Of a DNA stretch of 64,000 nt, positions 9,966-19,941 are shown piece after piece. A program made the translations under genes and the position numbers. Source of the stretch: Candidatus Poribacteria bacterium (GTDB taxonomy: Bacteria; Poribacteria; WGA-4E; JAJDTR01); assembly GCA_965222225.1 (NCBI GenBank), contig CBDCTK010000002.1, positions 1,536,001-1,600,000 of the forward strand, given 5' to 3'. The notes under the pieces are model-generated. The model did no database searches. It was not told where the DNA came from and worked only from the letters and a program-made list of their open reading frames with translations. Positions within the stretch are counted from its first letter, which is position 1; every line of letters begins with the position of its first letter.

Positions 9966-10795
9966 GGGTGCGATCAACCTATATGTAGGGTGCGATCAAA
10001 GGAATGAATAATGACTGCGATTAACCTATATGTAGGGTGCGCACTGCGCACCAGCCTTTGGGGTTGATTCCACCATCCTTTGTAGGCGGAGCCTCTTGCT
10101 CCGCCGCTGCATTTGCCCAACCCGAATCGAAAGTCGCGATTCGCAGATGGAATGCACAAAGACTATCGCGCTCATTATCCATTCGCTTGATCGCACCAGC
10201 CTTTTCATAGTCATCAACTTCACGACCCACTTGGAGCGCGATAGAACTCTTACCATCCTTTTTACAATTGTTTTCTTTGGTTTATCAGTAGGAGCGATCT
10301 CCGAATCGCGACTCTCCCGATCGCCTACCCGCTCCGGAAGAGCAGCATGTCGATAGTTGTAGTTGTAGGGTGCGCACTGCGCCCCATCCTTTATACAATT
10401 GTTTTGTTTGGTTTATCTGTAGGAGCAATCTCCGAATCGCGACTCTCCCGATCGCCTACCCGCCCCGGAAGAGCGGCATGTCGATAGTTGTAGTTGTAGG
10501 GTGCGATTAACCTATATGTAGGGATCAACTGAGCGGATAGCGAAGGCGATAGTTCTTGTAGGGTGGGCACCGCTCACCCTCCTTTCTATGCAGAGCATCC
10601 TGCTCCGCCGCTGCATTTGCCCAACCCGAATCGAAAGTCGCGATTCGCAGATGGAATGCACAAAGACTATCGCGCTCATTATCCATTCGCTTGATCGCAC
10701 CAGCCTTTTCATTGTCATCAACTTCACGGCCCTCTTGGAGCGGCGACGCGCACGGGATTTACTATCGCGGTCGCTATCCGCTCCCTTGATCCACA
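9960..10795. repeat. REP / GA-hairpin / composite-element cluster upstream of the RAYT remnant
   Basis: Multiple GTAG REPs, two copies of the CGCCGCTGCATTTG...AAGACTATCGC module, duplicated RAYT 5' fragments and HD-gene 3' fragments. Confidence 0.85.
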
Positions 10796-10796
10796 C

Positions 10797-11297
10797 CTAA
10801 AATTGCGTCACACTGCTATAAATCTGGGTTTCGTTCAGGGTGTCCATAAACGGACCCTGCTTAGCTGTTCGAACCGTAACCGTCAAATTCCCGTTGTTCG
10901 TGTCCCGTTCGTCATCCTTCGAGATGAACGAATGCGGCACCTCACCGCGCAACAGCCGGTACGGACTCCCCGCATCGCGAGACCAGCGTAAATCGAGGAG
11001 CCGTCCGTCATAAATCTTAATCCCCTGCATTCCGCCGCGAATCGAGTAAATCCTGACATTCGTCGTGAACTCCGACTCCGAAATCGCGCTCACCCCAATC
11101 TGCGGCGTCAAGACACTCGGATTCCACAACAGCCGATTCCCTCGGTCATTAGTCAGATAAATACGAATATCAAGCCGCCCGAGCCGCGAAACCGAATCAA
11201 CCTCAATCCCCTCGAAATTCTGAATCCGCCCGGAGTCGCAACCAAACAACGCAACCGCGCACCCCAAAACAAGCCACCCCAATGATGCTCGAAACAT
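10797..11297 (-). CDS. Putative lipoprotein, function unknown
   Basis: MFRASLGWLVLGCAVALFGC lipobox-like signal; GGGAGG RBS upstream of ATG 11297. Confidence 0.65.
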   Translation of the reverse strand: MFRASLGWLVLGCAVALFGCDSGRIQNFEGIEVDSVSRLGRLDIRIYLTNDRGNRLLWNPSVLTPQIGVSAISESEFTTNVRIYSIRGGMQGIKIYDGRLLDLRWSRDAGSPYRLLRGEVPHSFISKDDERDTNNGNLTVTVRTAKQGPFMDTLNETQIYSSVTQF

Positions 11298-11436
11298 TAT
11301 GTGCCTCCCCAAATCCTTACTATACAATATTGTATAACCGCCGCAACAAATCATAATACCATCTCCCCGATTCCCCTGTCAACACAACACAAATTCAGAC
11401 GTTTGATAGCGCCTCACACAAACTGACCCCTCACCA

Positions 11437-11806
11437 CTAATCACTCTCCACTGCCTTAACCACTCTGCACTGCCTTAACCACTCTGCACTGCCTTAACCA
11501 CTCACCACTGTCTTAACCACTCTGCACTGTCTTAACCACTCTCCACTGCCTTGATCACTCTCCACTGCCTTAACCACTCTCCACTGCCTTAACCACTCTG
11601 CACTGTCTTAACCACTCTGCACTGCCTTAACCACTCTCCACTGTCTTAACCACTCTGCACTGTCTTAACCACTCTGCACTGCCTTTAACCACTCTGCACT
11701 GCCTTAACCACTCTCCACTGTCTTAACCACTCTGCACTGTCTTAACCACTCTGCACTGCCTTTAACCACTCTCCACTGCCTTAACCACTCTCCACTGCCT
11801 TTAACC
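11437..11806 (+). repeat. 19-bp minisatellite TTAACCACTCTSCACTGYC, about 19 copies
   Basis: Directly visible tandem array with minor variants (one TTGATC unit, some 20-bp units). Confidence 0.92.
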
Positions 11807-11914
11807 GTTTTCCATTTGCTTTCCCTCCCTCGTATCGGCTAAACTATCCCCAACCTAAACAGACGATATGACTCTCGATTCAAACGGGTCGCTAGCCACT
11901 GACCACCGCTTCTC

Positions 11915-12694
11915 ATGTCCCGACTCATCGCATTGATAACCCGCTACCTATACGCCGCGCTCGCCTGCCTCTATCTCTTCACGCTCGGCGTTTTCCGCGA
12001 AAAAAATCGGCTGCTAATCTCATCAATCTGTGCCCACTTCGGTTACGGCGAAAAAGCCCCCATACCTCTGCTCCCTACGGTTGAAATCTCTGAACTTGTC
12101 CCCGAGGAGCTCCCCATCCAAATCCGTGAACCGGTTGAAGCCGACGGCAACATCTCCCTTGTCGAGATTGCCGTTATCTCCAAACTCGTTAAATCTCGGA
12201 ATCCCGCCGCAATATTCGAAATCGGCACTTTTGACGGACGAACAACGCTAAACATGGCGGCGAACTCCCCTCCGGACGCCCGAATCTACACACTGGATCT
12301 CCCGAGCCAATCCAAGACCGAGTTGCCAATCGACCGCGGCGAGGAAAAATACATCGACAAAGACGCCTCGGGGGCACGATTCATCGGCACGGACTGCGAA
12401 TCGAAAATAACCCAACTCCACGGCGATTCCGCCACCTTTGATTTTTCGCCCTATCGCGATACGGTAGACATGATATTTGTGGACGGCGCCCACTCCTACG
12501 AATACGTGCTCCACGATTCGCGGGGTGCCCTCAAACTCTTAAAGGATGGGAAGGGTTTGATTCTGTGGCACGATTATGATAAGATTTGGTGGAGCGGTTT
12601 GACCAATGCCTTGAACGAACTCTATACGGAACAAAACGAATTCGGCGGCGCGATGCACATCAACGGCACTTCATTGGTCTGCCTTATCCTGTAA
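11915..12694 (+). CDS. Class I SAM-dependent methyltransferase (Methyltransf_24-like)
   Basis: IFEIGTFDGRTT, YTLDLP, HGDS, DMIFVDGAHSYE, GLILWHDY. Confidence 0.85.
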   Translation: MSRLIALITRYLYAALACLYLFTLGVFREKNRLLISSICAHFGYGEKAPIPLLPTVEISELVPEELPIQIREPVEADGNISLVEIAVISKLVKSRNPAAIFEIGTFDGRTTLNMAANSPPDARIYTLDLPSQSKTELPIDRGEEKYIDKDASGARFIGTDCESKITQLHGDSATFDFSPYRDTVDMIFVDGAHSYEYVLHDSRGALKLLKDGKGLILWHDYDKIWWSGLTNALNELYTEQNEFGGAMHINGTSLVCLIL

Positions 12695-12744
12695 CGTAAT
12701 GCTAACATTAACGTATATAGGGAATGTTAATATATTGATGGATT

Positions 12745-12890
12745 TGGCGCGATCAACTGAGCGATCAACTGAGCGAATAGCGAAGGCGATAGTTCTTGTA
12801 GCGATAGAGATCTTCTAGCGAGGATCAAGCGAATGGCTAATGAGTGCGATAGTGAATCCTGATAGAAAGTCTTGATAGAGATCCCCTTGC
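12745..12890 (+). repeat. GA-hairpin repeat cluster
   Basis: GATCAACTGAGCGAATAGCGAAGGCGATAG and GATCAAGCGAATGGCTAATGAGTGCGATAG. Confidence 0.8.
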
Positions 12891-13031
12891 CCCGACTGAA
12901 TAGTGAAATCCCGATTCCCGACTGGTCTGCTTTATCCTGTATCACAATCGTAAAATGGACGTATCCATCCCTGAACAATCAACTTTTTGCATGATCGACT
13001 AGCCACTAGTCACTAACCACTGTCTTTCGCC

Positions 13032-14006
13032 ATGCCCCAACACGACTTCGATTCCATTCTCCTCGTGGCATTCGGCGGCCCCACCCCCGGCTGCTGCCAC
13101 AAATACAATTCCTGTCCCGGCGAAGCGCACTGTTTCGTCGAAGGTATCGCGGGAGCGTCGCTGTCAAAAGCGGCGCGCGTCAAAGAGGTCGCCAACCATT
13201 ACACATTACTCGGCGGATTCTCACCGTTCAACGAATTGACAAAGGGCCAAGCCGACGCGCTCGGCGCCGCGCTAACCGCGAGAGGCGTTGATGTCCCCGT
13301 GTACACCGGGTTCCGTCACTGGTCTCCTTACGTGCGCGAGGTCATCCCGCAAATGGTGGAGAACGGACACCGTAACATCCTTGCAATCATCATGGCGCCG
13401 CACCAGTCCAAAGTCAGTTGGGACTGGTACCAGCAGACCGTGACCGAAGCCATCGATAACCTTGAGGGAGATAAACCCGTCGTCAACTACCTTGAGCCGT
13501 GGTTTCGAAGCAGAGGTTACATCACGGCGATTACCGAACTTATCCGCGAGGCTTGCAAAGATCTCCAACCTTCGGAATTCGAAAATGCCGCACTCGTTTT
13601 CACCGCGCACGCCATCCCGAAAACCGCCGCAAAAGCGTCGCCCTACACCGGGCAATTTCGTCGCACTGCCGGGTTGGTAACCGCGCAACTCGGTCGAGAA
13701 CTGTTCGATCTCGCCTACCAAAGCGCGCCCGATAATCCTTCTGTCCCTTGGATGCAGCCCGACATCAACGCCCTCATCCGCGAACGCTATCGCAAACACG
13801 TGGACACCGTCATCGCGTCCCCGATCGGCTTCCTATGCGACCACGTCGAAATCCTCTACGACCTCGATCACGAAGCCCATGCCACCGCCGCGCACTACGA
13901 CATTAACTTCGTCCGCGCCGGCACTGTCGGAACCCACCCCGCCTTCATCGACATGCTCGCCGACCACTGCTGCGACGAAGTCTACACAGAACATCCGCCC
14001 CAATAG
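13032..14006 (+). CDS. hemH: Ferrochelatase
   Basis: LLVAFGGP, Y..LGGFSP, GFRHWSPY, FTAHAIP, AYQS, W.QPD, PIGFLCDHVEILYDLD, HPAFIDMLA. Confidence 0.92.
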   Translation: MPQHDFDSILLVAFGGPTPGCCHKYNSCPGEAHCFVEGIAGASLSKAARVKEVANHYTLLGGFSPFNELTKGQADALGAALTARGVDVPVYTGFRHWSPYVREVIPQMVENGHRNILAIIMAPHQSKVSWDWYQQTVTEAIDNLEGDKPVVNYLEPWFRSRGYITAITELIREACKDLQPSEFENAALVFTAHAIPKTAAKASPYTGQFRRTAGLVTAQLGRELFDLAYQSAPDNPSVPWMQPDINALIRERYRKHVDTVIASPIGFLCDHVEILYDLDHEAHATAAHYDINFVRAGTVGTHPAFIDMLADHCCDEVYTEHPPQ

Positions 14007-14009
14007 TTG

Positions 14010-14300
14010 TCTTGTACGGTGCGATCAAAGGAATGAATAATGACCGATCAACCGAGTGAACAGCGAGGGCGATAGTCTTGTAGGATCAAGCGACCGATCA
14101 ACTGAGCGAATAGCGAAGGCGATAGAGATCTTCTAGGGAGCGCGATAGAACTCGTACCAGCCTTTGGGGTTGATTCCACCATCCATTGTAGGCGCGAATC
14201 CCCTTGCTCCGCCGCTGCATTTGCCCAACCCGAATCGAAAGCCGCGTTTCGCAGACGGAATCCACCAAGACTATCGCGCTCATTATCCATTCGCTTGATC
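14010..14300. repeat. REP / GA-hairpin / composite-element cluster
   Basis: Three + strand units and one - strand unit; CCAGCCTTTGGGGTTGATTCCACCATCC linker. Confidence 0.8.
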
Positions 14301-14328
14301 CCCGCCCCACTCCACACCCTTTTTCCTC

Positions 14329-14357
14329 TTGACATCATCGCCAAAATGGCCTATAAT
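14329..14357 (+). promoter_or_regulatory. Consensus sigma70 promoter
   Basis: TTGACA-17 nt-TATAAT; AAGGAGG RBS before GTG 14394. Confidence 0.85.
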
Positions 14358-14393
14358 TGCTAACTGTTCGGCGATGATAAGGAGGAACGCACG

Positions 14394-14795
14394 GTGATTA
14401 CACCCCCACAAATCGCATTGGTAGTGACGAACCTCGTCGCAGTCGTGGGAATTGTCTATTACATGTCAACAGTCTTGGGCAAGCGGATAGATGCGCTCGA
14501 CAAGCGCATGGACGATTTGAATGTCAATATGAATGCCCGATTCAGCGATATGAATGCCCGGTTCAGCGATATGAATGCCCGGTTCAGCGATATGAATGTG
14601 CGATTCAATGAGTTAAGCCACCAAATAGACACCCGCATCGACGATATGAGCACAAATATTAATACCCGTTTTGACGACCTCCGCACCCAGATGAACCGCG
14701 AGCACGACGCCTTATCCAAAAAGGTCGACACCCTGACCCACACCGTCACCGACCACATCGCCGACCAATCAATTCACCAAGACCCACGAGTCTAA
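14394..14795 (+). CDS. Membrane-anchored coiled-coil repeat protein, paralog 1
   Basis: TM helix then tandem MNARFSD heptads; ends HIADQSIHQDPRV. Confidence 0.8.
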   Translation: MITPPQIALVVTNLVAVVGIVYYMSTVLGKRIDALDKRMDDLNVNMNARFSDMNARFSDMNARFSDMNVRFNELSHQIDTRIDDMSTNINTRFDDLRTQMNREHDALSKKVDTLTHTVTDHIADQSIHQDPRV

Positions 14796-14859
14796 TCCCC
14801 TCCAATCCTTCCCCTCTTCCAATCTGCATTGCGTCAATCCCTCTATATTCTTATACCTT

Positions 14860-15190
14860 GTTGTAGGATCAAGCGACCGAATAGGGAGCGCGATAGTTCT
14901 TGTAGGATCAAGCGAGTGGATAACGAGCGATCAAAGGAATGAATAATGACTGCGATAGCTATATGTAGCTATATGTAGGATCAAACGACCGAATAGGGAG
15001 CGATCAAAGGAATGAATAATGACTGCGATAGAAATCCCACCAGCCTTTGGGGTTGATTCCACCATCCATTGTAGGCAGAGCATCTTACTCCGCCGCTGCA
15101 TTTGCACACCCCGATCGAAAGCCGCGATTCGCAGACGGAATCCACCAAGACTATCGCGCTCATTATCCATTCGCTTGATCGCACCCTACA
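14860..15190. repeat. REP / GA-hairpin / composite-element cluster
   Basis: About five + strand units and one - strand unit. Confidence 0.8.
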
Positions 15191-15326
15191 TATGACTCCA
15201 CTACGTTCAACCGTTTTCTCCACTCACCACTCACCACTCACCACTGCTTTTCCTTGTCTTCCCGCCCCATTCCACATATACTTATATTAACGTATAAATA
15301 ATCCCCTTCGCCGGCCCCCTACTCCA

Positions 15327-16322
15327 ATGCCCTACCCCCTACTCCTCCTCCTATCCCTCGCGAACGCCCAACTGGGCTACGACGACATCAACCTCGAATT
15401 TAAGCGAGGCAAATGCCGAAGCTGCCACCCCGCCATCTGGCGCGAATGGAGCGGCTCCATGCACGCCAAAGCCTGGACCGACCCCATCTACCAAGCCGCC
15501 GCGAACCAAATCGCGGACCGCGAAAAATCCTGCGACCCCTGCCACGCGCCCGAACCCATCCTCATCACCGGGATCGGCGATTTTCCGAAACTCCGACCCG
15601 ATGACCGCGAGAGCGGCGTCACCTGCCTCGTGTGCCACGTCGACGCCGACGGCGCCATGCACGGACCGCCCGCCAGCACCGATGCGCTGTTCCACGCCAA
15701 CGTCACCGACGAAGCCCACACCAAACCGACCAAACTCTGCGCCACCTGTCATGGCCAACCGAGCGTCCCCGAACACAACCAGCTTGAAAGCTTCAAAGGC
15801 AGCCCCGCCGACAAGTCCGGCAAATCCTGCGCGCACTGCCACATGCCCCGCGTCACGCGCCTGCAAAGCGTCCGGAGCTACGAGGAGATTTCCGGCAGGC
15901 GCCATACATGGGACGGCAGCCGCAGCGTTGCCATGCTCAAACGCGCCGCCGATCTCGAGGTCAAGGTAACCGGCGGCATCGCCTACGTCTCAATCCGAAA
16001 CAAAGCCGGACACAAGCTTCCCGGCGAAGCGTTACGCACACTGACGCTCCAAGTCGGCATCTCCGCCGCGGATGGCGAGCGAATGCGCCAAGAGCAGGTA
16101 ACCATCTCCGCCGCCTCCGGAGATACCGGCGGCGACAACCGCTTGGCAGCCGACGAAACGCGCACCTTCCAATTCCCGCTCAACGGCGGGCGACGAGTTC
16201 ACGCGTCACTCCTCTACCGCCTCACCCCGACAACCCCCGAATCCGAATCCATCACCATGGCGGAGTCAACCCACCCACAGCCCGTTGATACGGCGCAATC
16301 AACCGATCAAACGAGTGAATAA
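15327..16322 (+). CDS. Secreted pentaheme cytochrome c (c554/c552-like)
   Basis: Five CxxCH motifs (CRSCH, CDPCH, CLVCH, CATCH, CAHCH); W..SMHA; N.AGHKLP; signal peptide. Confidence 0.85.
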   Translation: MPYPLLLLLSLANAQLGYDDINLEFKRGKCRSCHPAIWREWSGSMHAKAWTDPIYQAAANQIADREKSCDPCHAPEPILITGIGDFPKLRPDDRESGVTCLVCHVDADGAMHGPPASTDALFHANVTDEAHTKPTKLCATCHGQPSVPEHNQLESFKGSPADKSGKSCAHCHMPRVTRLQSVRSYEEISGRRHTWDGSRSVAMLKRAADLEVKVTGGIAYVSIRNKAGHKLPGEALRTLTLQVGISAADGERMRQEQVTISAASGDTGGDNRLAADETRTFQFPLNGGRRVHASLLYRLTPTTPESESITMAESTHPQPVDTAQSTDQTSE

Positions 16323-16810
16323 CGAGTGATCAAAGGAATGAATAATGACTGCGATAGCTATATGTAGCTATATGTAGGGTGGGCATTGCCCACCAGCCTT
16401 TTTCCCTATTGATATCCTGCCCCGCCGCTGCATTTGCACAACCCGCGTCGAAAGCCGCGATTCGCAGATGGAATCCACCAAGACTATCGCCTTCCCTATC
16501 CAGTCAGTTGATCCCACCAGCCTTTTTCCCTATTGATATCCTGCCCCGCCGCTGCATTTGCACAACCCGCGTCGAAAGCCGCGATTCGCAGACGGAATCC
16601 ACAAAGACTATCGCCTTCCCTATCCAGTCAGTTGATCCCACCAGCCTTTTTCCTTGTGCGGGCGAGGAGACCTCGCCCCTACGATGGATACGGTCACACA
16701 TGCGCATCCGTCGGGGTTAGCTATCGTCCTCGTTGTTCACTCGGTTGATCGATAGAGATCCCCTTGCTCCGCCCGAATGTTTGTCGCGACCTGGAGATCG
16801 CTCCTACAGG
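16300..16810. repeat. REP cluster with ~125-bp tandem composite units
   Basis: Units start at CCAGCCTTTTT near 16392, 16517 and 16641; inverted REPs end in CCTAC near 16682 and 16807. Confidence 0.8.
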
Positions 16811-16857
16811 CTGTCGAACCTCCGGCGCTTTTCCGCACAGACGGCTGTCTTTTCCGA

Positions 16858-16886
16858 TTGACATCAATGACACCGTCGGTTATAAT
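16858..16886 (+). promoter_or_regulatory. Consensus sigma70 promoter
   Basis: TTGACA-17-TATAAT. Confidence 0.85.
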
Positions 16887-16956
16887 TCTCTGCCGCAAGC
16901 GCCCTGCGCCGCGCGCTCCGAACACGGCACGTACCACTATACGACGAGGCATATTC

Positions 16957-17463
16957 ATGGATTGGACACTCACCGCACAAATAGTAGCGATCGTGGCCAT
17001 ATACTTGGGCGGCATTTTAGGCATTGGACGCTTCGTGACGCAATCGCTAGGCAAGCGGATAGACGATCTGAAGTCAATGACAGAGTCCGACCATCTTGCC
17101 GTTGCCAGGATGATTCAAGGACTTGACAAGCGTATAGACGGTCTCGACAAGCGTATAGACGGTCTCGACAAGCGTATAGACGGTCTCGACAAGCGTATAG
17201 ACGGTCTCGACAAGCGGATAGGCGATCTTGGCTCCAACATGAATGAGCGCTTCGGCGATGTGAACAACCGAATCGGCGATCTTGACAAGCGGATAGACGA
17301 TCTTGGCTCCAACATGAACGCGCGGTTCAGCGAAATGAATGCGAACATAAATGCACGGGTCGACGACCTCCGATCACAAATGAACCGCGAACACGACAAC
17401 CTCTCCCAAAAAATCGACGCCCACATCACGAATCAAGAAATCCATCAGACCCCGCGAGTTTGA
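16957..17463 (+). CDS. Membrane-anchored coiled-coil repeat protein, paralog 2
   Basis: Start at ATG 16957 (GAGG RBS, promoter upstream); TM helix; 21-bp tandem encoding GLDKRID; ends AHITNQEIHQTPRV. Confidence 0.8.
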   Translation: MDWTLTAQIVAIVAIYLGGILGIGRFVTQSLGKRIDDLKSMTESDHLAVARMIQGLDKRIDGLDKRIDGLDKRIDGLDKRIDGLDKRIGDLGSNMNERFGDVNNRIGDLDKRIDDLGSNMNARFSEMNANINARVDDLRSQMNREHDNLSQKIDAHITNQEIHQTPRV

Positions 17464-17701
17464 GGATAACCCGTCTACGGGTGCGATCGGGTATCATCAA
17501 ATCCCCGATTTCCCTTCATATCGCGCACCACCCTTTGTAGCCGGCAATCAACCGACTGAATACTATTATGTAGGGTGCACATTATGTAGGGTGCGCACTG
17601 CGCACCAGCCTTTTTCCTTATTGATAACCAAACCCGTGCAATAGCCCATCTTGCTCATTGTCCGTTCCCTTGAGGAATCTCTATCGCGCTCGCTTGCTCC
17701 C

Positions 17702-17730
17702 TTGACACCATCACCAAAATAGGCTATGAT
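17702..17730 (+). promoter_or_regulatory. Sigma70-like promoter
   Basis: TTGACA-17-TATGAT; AAGGAG RBS. Confidence 0.75.
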
Positions 17731-17792
17731 TTGTATGCACCGAGATAATAGTAAGTCCAACCGTCATAACTTATGAGAAGGAGTATTGAATC

Positions 17793-18203
17793 GTGTCCTT
17801 GAAGGAACTCATACCGCTACTGGCACTCGTCGTTACGAATCTGGTTGCAGTGGCGGGAATTGTCTATTATATGGCATCCACGCTAGGCAAGCGAATAGGC
17901 GATCTTGATAAGCGAATAGACGGTCTTGACAAGCGTATAGACAGTCTTGATAAGCGAATAGACGGTCTTGACAAGCGAATAGACGATCTTGGCTCCAATA
18001 TGAATGAGCGCTTCAGCGATCTGAACGCGAATCTCAACGCGCGGTTCAGCGAAATCAATGCGAATATAAATGCCCGGGTCGACGACCTCCGGTCACAAAT
18101 GAACCGCGAACACGATAACCTCGCCCGAAAAGTCGACAGCCTGACCGACACTGTCACCGCCCACATCACGAATCAAGAAATCCACCAGCCCCCGCGAGTC
18201 TAA
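17793..18203 (+). CDS. Membrane-anchored coiled-coil repeat protein, paralog 3
   Basis: TM helix; LDKRIDx heptads; ends AHITNQEIHQPPRV. Confidence 0.8.
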   Translation: MSLKELIPLLALVVTNLVAVAGIVYYMASTLGKRIGDLDKRIDGLDKRIDSLDKRIDGLDKRIDDLGSNMNERFSDLNANLNARFSEINANINARVDDLRSQMNREHDNLARKVDSLTDTVTAHITNQEIHQPPRV

Positions 18204-18284
18204 TCCCCTCCTTCCCCTCTTCCATCCTTCCCCCTCACCACTGCTTTTCCCCCCTCCCCACTGCCTTTCCCACTGCTTTCCGCC

Positions 18285-18313
18285 TTGACACCATCACCAA
18301 AATAGGCTATGAT
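18285..18313 (+). promoter_or_regulatory. Sigma70-like promoter (duplicate of 17702)
   Basis: TTGACA-17-TATGAT with a near-identical leader. Confidence 0.75.
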
Positions 18314-18375
18314 TTGGTATGCACCGAGACAATAGTAAGTCCAACCGTCATAACTATGAGAAGGAGTATTGAATC

Positions 18376-18852
18376 GTGTCCTTGAAGGAACTCATACCGC
18401 TACTGGCACTCGTCGTTACAAATCTGGTTGCAGTGGCGGGAATTGTCTATTATATGGCATCCGCGCTAGGCAAGCGAATAGACGATCTTGACAAGCGGAT
18501 AGACGATCTTGGCTCCAACATAAATGAGCGCTTCAGCGATGTGAACAATCGAATCGGCGATCTTGACAAGCGAATAGACGACCTTAGCTCCAACATGAAT
18601 GAGCGCTTCAGCGATGTGAACAACCGAATCGGCGATCTTGACAAGCGTATAGACGATCTTGGCTCCAACATGAATGAGCGCTTCAGCGATATGAACGCGA
18701 ATCTCAACGCGCGGTTCAGCGAAATCAATGCGAACATAAATGCGCGGGTCGACGACCTCCGATCACAGATGCACCGTGAACACGACAACCTCTCCCAAAA
18801 AATCGACGCCCACATCACGAATCAAGAAATCCATCAGACCCCGCGAGTTTGA
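18376..18852 (+). CDS. Membrane-anchored coiled-coil repeat protein, paralog 4
   Basis: N-terminus nearly identical to paralog 3; 25-aa (75-bp) repeats; C-terminus like paralog 2. Confidence 0.8.
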   Translation: MSLKELIPLLALVVTNLVAVAGIVYYMASALGKRIDDLDKRIDDLGSNINERFSDVNNRIGDLDKRIDDLSSNMNERFSDVNNRIGDLDKRIDDLGSNMNERFSDMNANLNARFSEINANINARVDDLRSQMHREHDNLSQKIDAHITNQEIHQTPRV

Positions 18853-18854
18853 GG

Positions 18855-19610
18855 ATAACCCGCCTACGGGTGCGATCAAGCGAGTGGATAACGAGCGATC
18901 AAGGAAGCGAATAGCGACCGCGATAGAGATCTTCTAGGGAGCGCGATAGAACTCTTACCAGCCTTTTTCCCTATTTTGATATCCTGCCCCGCCGCTGCAT
19001 TTGCCCAACCCGCGTCGAAAGTCGCGATTCGCAGATGGAATCCACCAAGACTATCGCCTTCCTTATCCAGTCAGTTGATCCCCCAGCCTTTTTCCTTATT
19101 GATAGCCTGCCCCGCCGCTGCATTTGCCCAACCCGCGTCGAAAGTCGCGATTCGCAGATGGAATCCACCAAGACTATCGCCTTCCCTATCCAGTCAGTTG
19201 ATCCCACCAGCCTTTTTCCCTATTGATATCCTGCCCCGCCGCTGCATTTACCCAACCCGAATCGAAAGCCGCGATTCGCAGATGGAATCCACAAAGACTA
19301 TCGCCTTCCCTATCCAGTCAGTCGATCCCACCAGCCTTTTCGGCCGCTTGCTCCACCACGTTGTAGGGTGCGCACTGCGCACCAGCCTTTGGGGTTGATT
19401 CCACCATCCTTTGTAGGCAGAGCATCTTGCTCCGCCGCTGCATTTGCACAACCCGCGTCGAAAGCCGCGATTCGCAGATGGAATCCACCAAGACCATCGC
19501 CTTCCCTATCCAGTCAGTTGATCCCACCAGCCTTTTTCCTTGCCCGACCTACGGGTATGGGTAGGAACTACAGGGACTAAATGCCGGTGGACGATGCGCA
19601 CCCTACATAT
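18855..19610. repeat. REP cluster with ~124-bp tandem composite units
   Basis: Units start near 18958, 19083, 19207 and 19331, each carrying the CGCCGCTGCATTT module and a - strand GA-hairpin. Confidence 0.85.
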
Positions 19611-19739
19611 GACTCCACTACGTTCAACCGTTTTCTCCACTCTCCACTCCCCACTCTCCACTGTCTTTCCCACTCCCCACTAGCCACTGTTTCTAACCAC
19701 TCTCCACTCCCCACTAGTCACTGTTTTTCCCACTTGACC

Positions 19740-19768
19740 TTGACAAAGCACCAAAATAATTGTATACT
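19740..19768 (+). promoter_or_regulatory. Sigma70-like promoter
   Basis: TTGACA-17-TATACT. Confidence 0.7.
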
Positions 19769-19854
19769 AAACCCAATGCCATACAATATAAAGGCTTAAT
19801 ATATGTATGCCATCGCCATCTCCCCTGCCCCCGGGGGCAAAAAACATCAAAAAC

Positions 19855-19893
19855 TGTGACATTCTGTGATATTTTGTGACAATATGTGACAAT
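19855..19893 (+). promoter_or_regulatory. Four phased direct repeats TGTGAYA (10-bp period), candidate operator
   Basis: TGTGAC/TGTGAT at 19855, 19865, 19875 and 19885. Confidence 0.55.
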
Positions 19894-19941
19894 CCGCGAA
19901 CAAAAACCCACAATCCCCACGCCCGCAAAGGACTATCCAAA

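Noticed and set aside
14394-18852. Diversity-generating retroelement acting on the coiled-coil paralogs or hairpin cores
   Set aside because: No reverse transcriptase in the window; the variation is repeat-number change, mosaicism and compensatory substitution, not adenine-specific.
16379-19580. Short ORFs in repeat clusters (e.g. 16379-16720, 18976-19398; also 10021-10356, 14048-14344)
   Set aside because: They are translations of the repeat units, open in several frames and on both strands, with no RBS or domain signal.
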